Shown here in pieces: positions 8,581 to 16,955 of a stretch of 24,000 nucleotides of DNA; the stretch's first letter is position 1, and each line of letters begins with the position of its first letter. This DNA comes from Utexia brackfieldae (lineage in GTDB: Bacteria; Pseudomonadota; Gammaproteobacteria; Enterobacterales; Orbaceae), in NCBI RefSeq assembly GCF_036251705.1, contig NZ_CP133959.1; one strand, 5' to 3'. Under the pieces are notes generated by a model, which worked only from the letters and a program-made list of their open reading frames with translations, was not told where the DNA came from and did no database searches. The position numbers and the translations under genes were made by a program.

Positions 8581-9789
8581 ATGGACCCAAATGAACTGAT
8601 TATTAAGATGAAATCCAATCCAACCTTTAGACAACAGTCGAATGTTATTCTGGCTGCCTTTCTGATCGCGGCTTTTATTATTGGTATTGCCGGCGCGCTA
8701 CAAGCGCCAACACTGAGCCGATTTTTAACCGATGAAGTGAATGTGCCGCCTTTTTTAGTCGGCCTATTTTATTCGGTTAATGCCATTGCTGGGATTATTA
8801 TCAGCTTTATGCTGGCTCAGTACTCGGATAGGCAGGGCAATCGTCGTCATCTGATTCTGTTTTGTTGCCTGATGGGCATCGGCAATAGTATTACCTTTGC
8901 TTTTACCCGTCATTATGTTGTCTTAATTACGCTGGGGATCAGTTTTTCGGCGATAGCCTCGGCCACCATGCCGCAGGTTTTTGCGCTGGCACGTGAATAT
9001 GCCGTCAATATCGGCCGTAATATTGTCACCTTTAATGCCATTTTACGGGCGCAGATTTCGCTAGCCTGGGTGATTGGGCCGCCACTCTCTTTTGCGCTGG
9101 CTATTCACTTTGGTTTTACCGTCATGTACTTGAGTGCGGTCGGGCTATTTTTGATCGCTGTCATCATTGTACTGATCTTTTTTCCGTCAATTTCTCGTCA
9201 GGCGCTGCCAGAGATAAAACCGGTCATCACCGAGCATTCAGTTACCGCCAATCATAGCGTGACGTTACTGTTTATCGCGACCGTCTTTATGTGGACAGCC
9301 AATATGATGTATCTAATTGATATGCCGCTGTATGTCGATAAGGTGCTGCATCTGTCATCGTCACTGCCCGGTCAGCTGATGGGGATCGCCGCCGGTATCG
9401 AGATCCCGGTGATGCTGATTGCCGGCTTAGTGGTGGGTCGCGTGGGTAAAAAACAGTTATTTTGTTTTGCGGTGATGTGCGGGATACTGTTCTATATTGG
9501 CGTGATTCTGTTTACCGATACGCTGATTTTAATGCTGCTGCAGCTGTTAAATGCTCTGTTTATCGGGGTTGTAGCCAGTATCGGCATTATCTATTTTCAG
9601 GATCTGATGCCCAATCGCCCCGGACTGGCGTCGACACTGTTTAGTAATGGTGTTGCGACCAGCGTCATCTTAGCTGGATTGATTCAGGGCAGTGTGGCGG
9701 GTAGTTTGGGTCATCATGTGATTTATTGGATTGCGCTAGCGATGATCTCGATTTCATTACTGTTCTGTTTACTAGTGCGATCGGTTTAA
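8581..9789 (+). CDS. Set-family (SetA/SetB/SetC-like) MFS sugar efflux transporter
   Basis: 402-aa ORF colinear with E. coli SetA (GALQAPTLSRFL, GLFYSVNAIAGI, RRHLILFCCLMGIGNS, MPQVFALAREYA, LRAQISLAWVIGPPLSFALA). An alternative start is the ATG at 8608. Confidence 0.85.
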   Translation: MDPNELIIKMKSNPTFRQQSNVILAAFLIAAFIIGIAGALQAPTLSRFLTDEVNVPPFLVGLFYSVNAIAGIIISFMLAQYSDRQGNRRHLILFCCLMGIGNSITFAFTRHYVVLITLGISFSAIASATMPQVFALAREYAVNIGRNIVTFNAILRAQISLAWVIGPPLSFALAIHFGFTVMYLSAVGLFLIAVIIVLIFFPSISRQALPEIKPVITEHSVTANHSVTLLFIATVFMWTANMMYLIDMPLYVDKVLHLSSSLPGQLMGIAAGIEIPVMLIAGLVVGRVGKKQLFCFAVMCGILFYIGVILFTDTLILMLLQLLNALFIGVVASIGIIYFQDLMPNRPGLASTLFSNGVATSVILAGLIQGSVAGSLGHHVIYWIALAMISISLLFCLLVRSV

Positions 9790-9903
9790 GGCTTCACTGA
9801 GTCGGCTATCGCGACCTAGCATCATTTTATCTAACTGATAATCTCATTGATAGCCAAACCGATAACTTAACACAATGATAACATAAACAAATGTCAGTCA
9901 TAT

Positions 9904-9938
9904 AAAAAAGGGATACCCAACATGGCATCCCTTTTTTT
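9904..9938. terminator. Bidirectional rho-independent terminator between the convergent Set-family gene and the PLDc_N/TPR gene
   Basis: An A6 run (9904-9909) is followed by the stem GGGAT(A)CC / GG(C)ATCCC (9910-9917 with 9924-9931) and a T7 run (9932-9938). Confidence 0.7.
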
Positions 9939-9957
9939 GTCGGTTTTTTTTCAGTAA

Positions 9958-10713
9958 CTACCTTAGCTGACGCCGTAACTCATTAGCTTGCTTAAGCCAT
10001 TTGGCATTGAGCTGTTTAGCATGTTTGGGCAAAAAGCGTACCCGTTCATCGAGCGCGGTTAACTGCTCAGCGGCAGCGGTTTTATCATCCCAGTCGATCA
10101 AGGCCTGAGCATAACAGACATAGGTTTCGATACTGGCGTACTGATTCTCGGTTAGGGAAACAAAGACCGCTTTGGCCTCATCAGACTGGTTTAATTTAAC
10201 CAACGTGCGAGCATACAGTAGCAGGATCTCCTCAGCATGATAATGGATATGCTGCTGTTTGAGCTTGCTTAACATCGCTTTAGCCTGATCATATTGCGCT
10301 GCGTCAAATAAGGCATACGCATAAGCTAATAAGATATCGGGGGCATCCTGATAAACCCCAGTGAGAATAATCTGATAGTGCTCCAGTGATTCGGCTGCTT
10401 TTCCCGCTTCCAACAGGGCATTGGCATAACGCAGTCTGGCATCAATGGTTGGTGATAGCTGAAATTCACGCTCGGCATCGCGCAGCTCTTTGCTGGCATT
10501 AAAGGTTTTACGCAGATTAGCTTCAATTTGATAACCGGAGCGACTTTGCCGCAGTGAAGGTAAAAAAACTACCACAGCATAGATGATACTGCCTAAAAAA
10601 GGAAATATCAGTAAGATAAATAACCAGTAACGATCTTGTCCAGTTTTAAAGACATGAATCGCAAACAGGATTGCGATAATAGTGCTTAAGCCGATTCCGC
10701 CTACATAGGGCAT
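9958..10713 (-). CDS. Hypothetical membrane-anchored protein: N-terminal PLDc_N-like double-TM domain plus C-terminal TPR-like helical repeats
   Basis: 251-aa ORF. It has two N-terminal hydrophobic helices carrying the PLDc_N-type signature (DRYWLFILLIFPFLGSIIYAVVVFLP). The rest consists of ~34-aa amphipathic A/L/Y-rich repeats (RLRYANALLEAGKAAESLEHYQ, LLAYAYALFDAAQYDQAKAML, LLLYARTLVKLNQSDEAKAVF, YVCYAQALIDWDDKTAAAEQL). I recognise no characterised homolog. Confidence 0.7.
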   Translation of the reverse strand: MPYVGGIGLSTIIAILFAIHVFKTGQDRYWLFILLIFPFLGSIIYAVVVFLPSLRQSRSGYQIEANLRKTFNASKELRDAEREFQLSPTIDARLRYANALLEAGKAAESLEHYQIILTGVYQDAPDILLAYAYALFDAAQYDQAKAMLSKLKQQHIHYHAEEILLLYARTLVKLNQSDEAKAVFVSLTENQYASIETYVCYAQALIDWDDKTAAAEQLTALDERVRFLPKHAKQLNAKWLKQANELRRQLR

Positions 10714-10771
10714 GCGCTCTCATCCTCGATTAATATAAAGATAGGGTGGCGTATCACCATCACGCAAATAA

Positions 10772-10785
10772 ACATCACGTGATGT
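10772..10785. promoter_or_regulatory. 14-bp perfect palindrome ACATCACGTGATGT (possible operator or weak pepD terminator)
   Basis: Perfect dyad seen directly in the sequence. It lies 59 bp upstream of the PLDc_N/TPR gene start (10713) and 89 bp downstream of the pepD stop. On the minus strand it is followed by TTATTT. Confidence 0.25.
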
Positions 10786-10873
10786 GACACCATTCAATCA
10801 GCGGCGTATTGTCACCAGCGATGCTCAAAAGCTAAATCGAGCCAATACCATCAGTACAATACGCAGACCATGA

Positions 10874-12337
10874 TTATTTTAATTGATCAGCTGCTTTCAA
10901 GGTCGCAACCAATAGATTCCAGTAACGGGCGACACTGCTAATATTCACTTTTTCATCGGGCGAATGTGGTGACACAATGGTCGGGCCAATCGAGACCATA
11001 TCCATTTCAGGGTAAGGGGTTTTAAATAATCCACACTCGAGTCCTGCATGAATCACCATCACCTGCGCTTTAGCCGAGAACAGCTCCTGATATTTATGTT
11101 TGGTTAATCTCAGTAACGCCGAGTTAGGATCGGGTTGCCAGCCAGGATATCCGCCACTTAGTTCATATTGTAAGCCAGCTAACTGACTATGTGAAATGAG
11201 GGTAGAGACCACGGCATCTTTCGCACTATCAACCTGTGAACGAATCAGATAGTAGGCTGAGACGCGATTATCTTTGATCTCGACCACACCTAAATTCAGT
11301 GAAGTTTCTACCACGCCACTGATCTGGTTACTCATGCGCACCACACCATTGGGCGCCGTCTGTAACCAATCGATAATTTGACGCTGATGGTCATGTGAAA
11401 TCACCCGTTTTACTTGGGTTTTATCCAGCAACTGCTGGGTAAAGACAAGATTGGGTTCGGTTTGTTGATACTCATTGCGCAAGATAGCGCTATAGTCCTG
11501 CATCAAACTTTGCAAAGTAGTATAATCAGTCTGGCGTAAAGTGAGGGTGATAAAGGCTTCGCGCGGAATGGCGTTGCGTAGCGACCCACCAGAAAAATCG
11601 GCAATGCGGAAGTCCATATCATCGACAAATTCGACCAAAAAGCGCACTAATAGTTTAGTCGCATTGCCTCTGCCTAAGTGAATATCACAACCGGAATGAC
11701 CACCTTTTAAGCCTTTTAAGGCTAAATGGACACAGATATCATGATGTTCCGGAATATTGGCATAACCGATCGGCAGAAATTGTTTAAAATCAACCCCTCC
11801 CGCACAACCGGTAAAGATTTCGCCTTCCGCTTCCGAGTCGGTATTGATCAGATAGCGGCTTTTTAGCCAGCCCGATTTCAATCCAAAAGCACCAACCATG
11901 CCGGTCTCTTCTGAGGTGGTTAATAGTACTTCGAGTGGACCATGTTCGATGGTTTGATCGATAAGTATGGCTAAGGCTGAGGCTAAGCCAATACCGTTAT
12001 CTGCGCCTAGCGTGGTACCTTTCGCTTTGACCCATTCGCCATCGACATAAGCCTGAATTGGATCGACTAAAAAGTCGTGCTGAGTCTCTTCATTTTTTTG
12101 TGGCACCATATCGAGATGGGCTTGTAGCGCGATTGAGGAAGCCTGTTCCATGCCCGGTGTGGCCGCTTTTCTTAATAGAATATTACCCGCCTGATCAAGT
12201 TCACAATCAATATGATGCGCCTTGGCAAAATCGACGACAAACTGAGTGATCCTCTGTTCATGATGAGAAGGGTGCGGAATAGCACAGATTTGCGAAAATA
12301 TCTGCCAAAGGGGTTTTGGCGTGAGTGACGATAACAT
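10874..12337 (-). CDS. pepD: Aminoacyl-histidine (Xaa-His) dipeptidase PepD, M20 family
   Basis: 487-aa ORF colinear with E. coli PepD (PLWQIFSQICAIPHPSHHE, LQAHLDMVPQKN, GTTLGADNGIG, IHAGLECGLFK, MVSIGPTI.SPHSPDE). GAGG lies 8 nt upstream of the ATG at 12337. Confidence 0.93.
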   Translation of the reverse strand: MLSSLTPKPLWQIFSQICAIPHPSHHEQRITQFVVDFAKAHHIDCELDQAGNILLRKAATPGMEQASSIALQAHLDMVPQKNEETQHDFLVDPIQAYVDGEWVKAKGTTLGADNGIGLASALAILIDQTIEHGPLEVLLTTSEETGMVGAFGLKSGWLKSRYLINTDSEAEGEIFTGCAGGVDFKQFLPIGYANIPEHHDICVHLALKGLKGGHSGCDIHLGRGNATKLLVRFLVEFVDDMDFRIADFSGGSLRNAIPREAFITLTLRQTDYTTLQSLMQDYSAILRNEYQQTEPNLVFTQQLLDKTQVKRVISHDHQRQIIDWLQTAPNGVVRMSNQISGVVETSLNLGVVEIKDNRVSAYYLIRSQVDSAKDAVVSTLISHSQLAGLQYELSGGYPGWQPDPNSALLRLTKHKYQELFSAKAQVMVIHAGLECGLFKTPYPEMDMVSIGPTIVSPHSPDEKVNISSVARYWNLLVATLKAADQLK

Positions 12338-12493
12338 AAAAAAGGCCTCTTTTTTAAAAAATTAGACATAACAACCAATTATATCGCGATAATAACTAGT
12401 TTTTATTTGCTAGTCACACTATAATTAGGTGCAATTTTACATCCATATTACACCCTCACTAGCAGGGTTAGAAAGCGAAAATTGTAGGTTATT

Positions 12494-12958
12494 ATGTCAA
12501 AAAGCAAAAAATATACGGTCACTTGGGATATGCTGCAAATCAGCGCCCGAGAACTTTCAACGCGTTTAATGCCCGCAGAACAGTGGAAAGGCATCATCGC
12601 CGTCAGTCGTGGTGGCCTTGTGCCAGCAGCCTTAATTGCCCGTGAACTTGGTGTTCGTTACGTCGATACGGTCTGTATCTCAAGTTATGATCACAATCAT
12701 CAACGTGCGCAAACCATTCTTAAACAAGCACCTGGTGACGGCGAAGGTTTCATTGTTATTGATGATTTAGTCGATACGGGCGGCACAGCCAAAACCATTC
12801 GTGAAATGTATCCGAAAGCGCATTTTGTGACCATCTTTGCGAAACCGGAAGGGCGTCCTTTAGTCGATGATTACGTGGTGGATATCGCACAAGATACCTG
12901 GATTGAACAACCTTGGGATATGGGCGTCGTCTACGTCAAGCCAATCTGTGAAAGTTAA
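12494..12958 (+). CDS. gpt: Xanthine-guanine phosphoribosyltransferase
   Basis: The 154-aa ORF is about 85 percent identical by eye to E. coli Gpt ([54 protein letters not shown]). It is divergent from pepD, as in E. coli. Confidence 0.95.
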   Translation: MSKSKKYTVTWDMLQISARELSTRLMPAEQWKGIIAVSRGGLVPAALIARELGVRYVDTVCISSYDHNHQRAQTILKQAPGDGEGFIVIDDLVDTGGTAKTIREMYPKAHFVTIFAKPEGRPLVDDYVVDIAQDTWIEQPWDMGVVYVKPICES

Positions 12959-12981
12959 TCATTTGCTATTAGAGACAGACA

Positions 12982-14244
12982 ATGACGGTAAAAAATCTCT
13001 CCGAAAAACTATTTAAACCTAAGTTTAATTATCCTGAAACCTCAGCGCTGATTCAGCGGTTTGATAGTCAGTATGTCTCTTTTGCCCATCCGTTAGAGGG
13101 GCAAAGCCATGCCCACTGGTATCGGGTGCTTAATTCACTGATATGGCATCAGCGTGGTTTACCCCTGCTCGAAATCGATGCCATCTTAGCGCGCATTGCC
13201 GCTTCGGATAAAAAAAGATCGAACCCGCAGTGGCTCGATTCGGTCATCGGCTATCAATCCGGTAACTGGATTTATGAGTTTGCCGGTCAGGCCAGTCAGT
13301 GGCAGCAACAAGCCGAAGCCTTAGCCGCTCAGCCGCAAACGCCGGCACTGAAACTGGAGATACATCAGGCCTGGCTCAATGCCAGTCAATTTTGTAGTCT
13401 GGCTAGCTATCCGCACTTTAAAACCGATGATTTAGCTAGTCAGGCACAGGTTTTTGGCTATCGCGCCTATCGTGAAGCACTCAACTATTCACCTTATACT
13501 TATAAAGAAGTGGATTTTACCTACGCGAGTCATACGATAAAGGGCTTGTTGCATTTACCAGCACAAGCGGTTGAAAGTGCTTGTCCGATCGTGTTTATGT
13601 GCAGTAGCTTAGCCAATCTGCAAATTGATTTTTATCGTTATTTTGCCGAGTATTTAGCACCGCAGGGTATCGGTCTGTTAACCATTGATGGACCGGGTGT
13701 GGGCTTAAACAAAGCGATCAATTTAACTCAAAATAGCAGCGATATTCATCAGGCCGTTTTACAGCAGCTGGTCAACGTGCCTTGGGTCGATCATCATCGT
13801 GTGATACTGGCCGGATTCCGCTTTGGTGGCCATATTGCCACACGGTTAAGCTATATCGCGGCTAACCGGATTAAAGGGGTCTTCTGTATTGCTCCGTTTG
13901 TGCATCAGCTGTTTGTCGATAAAACGCTGCAAGATCAGCTACCGATCATGTATAAAGATTTAGTGGCCAGCCGTTTAGGTCTGGTTAGCTGTGCCAATGA
14001 AAAATTAGCGGCAGAGCTGAATTATTTCTCGTTAAAAAATCAAGGATTGCTTGGCAGGCCTTGTTCCGTGCCGGTGATGAGCATTGTGTTTGACAATGAT
14101 CTGTTCTGTCCGGTGAGTGAAGCAAAATTATTGACTTCAACCAAATCGCATAAACTCATCAACGTCGCGGCTTCTCCTTTACAAAGTAATGTTGATAAAG
14201 CGATGCAGCAGTCAGTCGACTGGATGATCAACTTAATCAAATAA
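12982..14244 (+). CDS. frsA: Esterase FrsA (fermentation/respiration switch protein), alpha/beta hydrolase fold
   Basis: The 420-aa ORF lies 23 nt after gpt, as in E. coli. It matches E. coli FrsA in [38 protein letters not shown] and [10 protein letters not shown]. Confidence 0.9.
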   Translation: MTVKNLSEKLFKPKFNYPETSALIQRFDSQYVSFAHPLEGQSHAHWYRVLNSLIWHQRGLPLLEIDAILARIAASDKKRSNPQWLDSVIGYQSGNWIYEFAGQASQWQQQAEALAAQPQTPALKLEIHQAWLNASQFCSLASYPHFKTDDLASQAQVFGYRAYREALNYSPYTYKEVDFTYASHTIKGLLHLPAQAVESACPIVFMCSSLANLQIDFYRYFAEYLAPQGIGLLTIDGPGVGLNKAINLTQNSSDIHQAVLQQLVNVPWVDHHRVILAGFRFGGHIATRLSYIAANRIKGVFCIAPFVHQLFVDKTLQDQLPIMYKDLVASRLGLVSCANEKLAAELNYFSLKNQGLLGRPCSVPVMSIVFDNDLFCPVSEAKLLTSTKSHKLINVAASPLQSNVDKAMQQSVDWMINLIK

Positions 14245-14288
14245 CAGCAAATAATCATAAAATAACAACAACAAGCAGGGCTGTGCCG

Positions 14289-15398
14289 ATGAGTGAGCAA
14301 AATAGACAGATTATTGTGGTAAAACTGGGCACCAGTGTGTTAACTGGCGGCACCAAACAGTTAGATCGCTCAAAAATTGTTGAGTTAATTCGTCAGTGTG
14401 CGCAGCAGCATGCGCGTGGACATAAGATCATTATTGTCACCTCTGGCGCTGTCGCGGCGGGGCGAGAGTATCTTAACTATCCCGAGTTACCGCCAACTAT
14501 TGCCTCAAAACAGTTATTAGCCTCTGTTGGCCAATCGCGTTTAATCCAGCTGTGGGAACAGCTCTTCTCCATTTACAATATTCGTATCGGCCAGATGCTG
14601 CTCACCCGCGCAGATTTAGAGGATCGAGAACGTTTTTTAAATGCGCAGGATGTCTTAAAAGCACTGTTAGATAATGATATTGTGCCGGTGATTAATGAAA
14701 ATGATGCGGTTGCCACGGCTGAAATTAAAGTCGGTGATAATGATAATCTCTCTGCTTTAGTGGCGATTTTAGCGCACGCTGATAAACTGATTTTATTGAC
14801 CGATCAACCCGGGCTGTTTACAGCTGATCCGCGCAAAGATCCCCAAGCGAAACTGATCGCCGAGATTGACCAGGTCGATGAGCAGCTCAAAGCCTTAGCC
14901 GGTGACAGCGTCACGGGTTTAGGTACAGGCGGAATGGCCACCAAACTGCAGGCCGCCGATATTGCCGGGCGCAGTGGTATTGAAGTGGTGATTGCGGCCG
15001 GCAGCAGACCCAATGTGATTGGTGATGTGATCGATAATCATTCGGTGGGCTCACGTTTTCATCCGCAAAAATCGCCGCTGGAGCATCGCAAACAGTGGCT
15101 ATTTGGTGCACTGCCAGCTGGGAAACTGCTGCTTGATGAGGGCGCCGTTAAGGCACTGCTTAACTCGGGCAGTTCACTACTACCTAAAGGGATTACCGAT
15201 GTGGAAGGTCATTTTTCACGCGGTGAAGTCTTAGTCCTTTGTGACGGTCAGGGTAAACCGATTGCTCAAGGAGTCAGTCGCTATAATAGCGATGCCCTGA
15301 GATTGATTGCCGGCCATCATTCACAACAAATTATTACTATTCTCGGCTATGAGTATGGCTCGGTGGCTATCCATCGTGATGATATGATTCTTAAATAG
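14289..15398 (+). CDS. proB: Glutamate 5-kinase
   Basis: From the ATG at 14289 the protein reads [21 protein letters not shown]. It is highly similar to E. coli ProB throughout ([36 protein letters not shown]-terminal PUA domain ...[17 protein letters not shown]). The GTG at 14283 in the ORF track is 2 codons upstream. Confidence 0.95.
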   Translation: MSEQNRQIIVVKLGTSVLTGGTKQLDRSKIVELIRQCAQQHARGHKIIIVTSGAVAAGREYLNYPELPPTIASKQLLASVGQSRLIQLWEQLFSIYNIRIGQMLLTRADLEDRERFLNAQDVLKALLDNDIVPVINENDAVATAEIKVGDNDNLSALVAILAHADKLILLTDQPGLFTADPRKDPQAKLIAEIDQVDEQLKALAGDSVTGLGTGGMATKLQAADIAGRSGIEVVIAAGSRPNVIGDVIDNHSVGSRFHPQKSPLEHRKQWLFGALPAGKLLLDEGAVKALLNSGSSLLPKGITDVEGHFSRGEVLVLCDGQGKPIAQGVSRYNSDALRLIAGHHSQQIITILGYEYGSVAIHRDDMILK

Positions 15399-15475
15399 TG
15401 AGAATGACAACCTGAATCCATCATCATGCGTGCTGAATGGGTGATTGACACGGTTTTTTTGGGAGAGAAATTGTG

Positions 15476-16729
15476 ATGTTAGAGCAAATGGGAAAATCAG
15501 CTCAGCAGGCTTCATATGAACTTGCGCAGCTTTCTGCGAAACAAAAAAATCAGGCATTAAGTGCTATCGCTGATCTGCTGGAAAAACAGATGCCGGCTAT
15601 CTTATCTGCCAATGAACAAGATATGGCTTTAGCGATTGAAAGTGGACTGAGTGAGGCGACCTTAGATCGCTTACGCTTAACACCGGAAAGAGTCAAAGCG
15701 ATTGCCAATGATGTCAGACAAGTCTGTTTACTGATTGATCCAGTGGGTGAGGTGATCGATGGTAAGATGCTCACCAGCGGTCTTAAGTTACAGCGTCACC
15801 GTGTACCGTTAGGCGTGGTTGGTGTGATTTATGAAGCGCGCCCCAATGTGACGATAGATGTCGCTGCGCTCTGCCTGAAAACCGGTAATGCCGTTATTTT
15901 GCGCGGCGGTAAAGAGACGGTGCAGACCAATGCCGTTATGGTTAAAGTGATTCAACAGGCACTGAAACAAGCAGGTTTGCCGGCTTTAGCGGTGCAGTCG
16001 ATTAATGATCCGGATCGTGAGTATGTCAATCAGCTGCTCAAACTTGATCGTTATGTGGATATGCTGATTCCACGTGGCGGCGCTGCGCTGCATAAACTCT
16101 GCCGCGAACAGTCGACCATTCCTGTGATAACCGGCGGGATTGGCGTTTGTCACACCTTTGTTGATGAAAGCGCAGATTTTGCGGGTGCCTTAAAGATTAT
16201 CGTCAATGCCAAAACGCAAAGGCCGAGCACCTGCAATACTACCGAAACGCTATTAGTGCATCAGGCCATTGCCCAGCCTTTTCTGCTAAAATTGAGCCAA
16301 GTGATGGCTGAACATGGCGTGACGTTACATGGCGATAAGCGCGCTTTGGCGCTGTTAAAATCAGGCTGTGCAGCGGTGCATCCGGTGACGGAGCAAGCCC
16401 TGCATGATGAGTGGCTGTCACTCGATCTTAATGTCGTCGTCGTCAATAATCTGGATGACGCCATTAGCTATATCCGTGAATATGGCAGCCAGCATTCTGA
16501 GGCAATTTTAACGGCTAATCTGGATAATGCCAGTAAATTCATTAAATTGATTGATGCTGCGGCGGTCTATGTTAACGCCAGTACCCGTTTTACCGACGGT
16601 GCCCAGTTTGGCTTAGGGGCAGAAGTGGCGGTGAGTACTCAGAAACTGCATGCCAGAGGGCCGATGGGGCTTGAAGCACTCACTACCTATAAATGGGTTG
16701 GCATGGGCGATTATCTCATTCGTGAGTAG
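15476..16729 (+). CDS. proA: Gamma-glutamyl phosphate reductase
   Basis: From the ATG at 15476 the protein reads [20 protein letters not shown], as E. coli ProA does (MLEQMG...). Conserved blocks include [32 protein letters not shown] and [28 protein letters not shown] lies 8 nt upstream. Confidence 0.95.
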   Translation: MLEQMGKSAQQASYELAQLSAKQKNQALSAIADLLEKQMPAILSANEQDMALAIESGLSEATLDRLRLTPERVKAIANDVRQVCLLIDPVGEVIDGKMLTSGLKLQRHRVPLGVVGVIYEARPNVTIDVAALCLKTGNAVILRGGKETVQTNAVMVKVIQQALKQAGLPALAVQSINDPDREYVNQLLKLDRYVDMLIPRGGAALHKLCREQSTIPVITGGIGVCHTFVDESADFAGALKIIVNAKTQRPSTCNTTETLLVHQAIAQPFLLKLSQVMAEHGVTLHGDKRALALLKSGCAAVHPVTEQALHDEWLSLDLNVVVVNNLDDAISYIREYGSQHSEAILTANLDNASKFIKLIDAAAVYVNASTRFTDGAQFGLGAEVAVSTQKLHARGPMGLEALTTYKWVGMGDYLIRE

Positions 16730-16736
16730 TCTCTAT

Positions 16737-16822
16737 TCAAGTTATGATTCAACTTATGATTAAAGTCTATGTTGAAGGTCGAAGTTAAGGTTTAAGCTAA
16801 GGTTTAAGTTACGTTTGAAGCT
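16737..16822. repeat. Degenerate 12-bp tandem repeat tract (~7 units, two sub-families)
   Basis: Units are TCAAGTTATGAT / TCAACTTATGAT / TAAAGTCTATGT, then AAGGTCGAAGTT (16775) / AAGGTTTAAGCT (16787) / AAGGTTTAAGTT (16799) / ACGTTTGAAGCT (16811). The tract is non-coding because TAA stops occur inside the units. Confidence 0.6.
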
Positions 16823-16862
16823 TGGCAGTGTCATACAACATAGTCGACGCTAAAGGCTTATG

Positions 16863-16895
16863 GTTTAAATGTAGTTTAAGTGTAGCTTAAAGATA
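16863..16895. repeat. Related 11-bp tandem repeat x3
   Basis: GTTTAAATGTA / GTTTAAGTGTA / GCTTAAAGATA share the GTTTAAG core with the upstream 12-mers. Confidence 0.5.
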
Positions 16896-16902
16896 GCGCC
16901 AA

Positions 16903-16934
16903 TAAAAAAGCGGGTTTTCATTGCCCGCTTTTTT
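16903..16934. terminator. Bidirectional rho-independent terminator between convergent proA and yegQ
   Basis: An A6 run (16904-16909) is followed by the stem GCGGG (16910-16914) / CCCGC (16924-16928) with a 9-nt loop and a T6 run (16929-16934). Confidence 0.75.
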
Positions 16935-16955
16935 GTCTCTATGATGACAAGGTTA

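Noticed and set aside
13813-13827. FrsA has G-F-R-F-G where an alpha/beta-hydrolase nucleophile elbow G-x-S-x-G would be expected, which could suggest an inactivated esterase
   Set aside because: E. coli FrsA, as I recall it, has the same GFRFG at this position, so this is a family trait and not a local novelty.
15399-15475. 77-nt proB-proA spacer containing TTGACA (15446-15451), considered as an internal promoter
   Set aside because: No acceptable -10 hexamer lies at 16-18 nt spacing. The spacer is most simply an operon junction.
16775-16822. The 12-bp (in-frame length) repeats considered as a coding repeat or small repetitive peptide
   Set aside because: The units contain TAA/TAG in the forward frames (AAG GTT TAA ...), and no start or RBS precedes them. 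They are non-coding.
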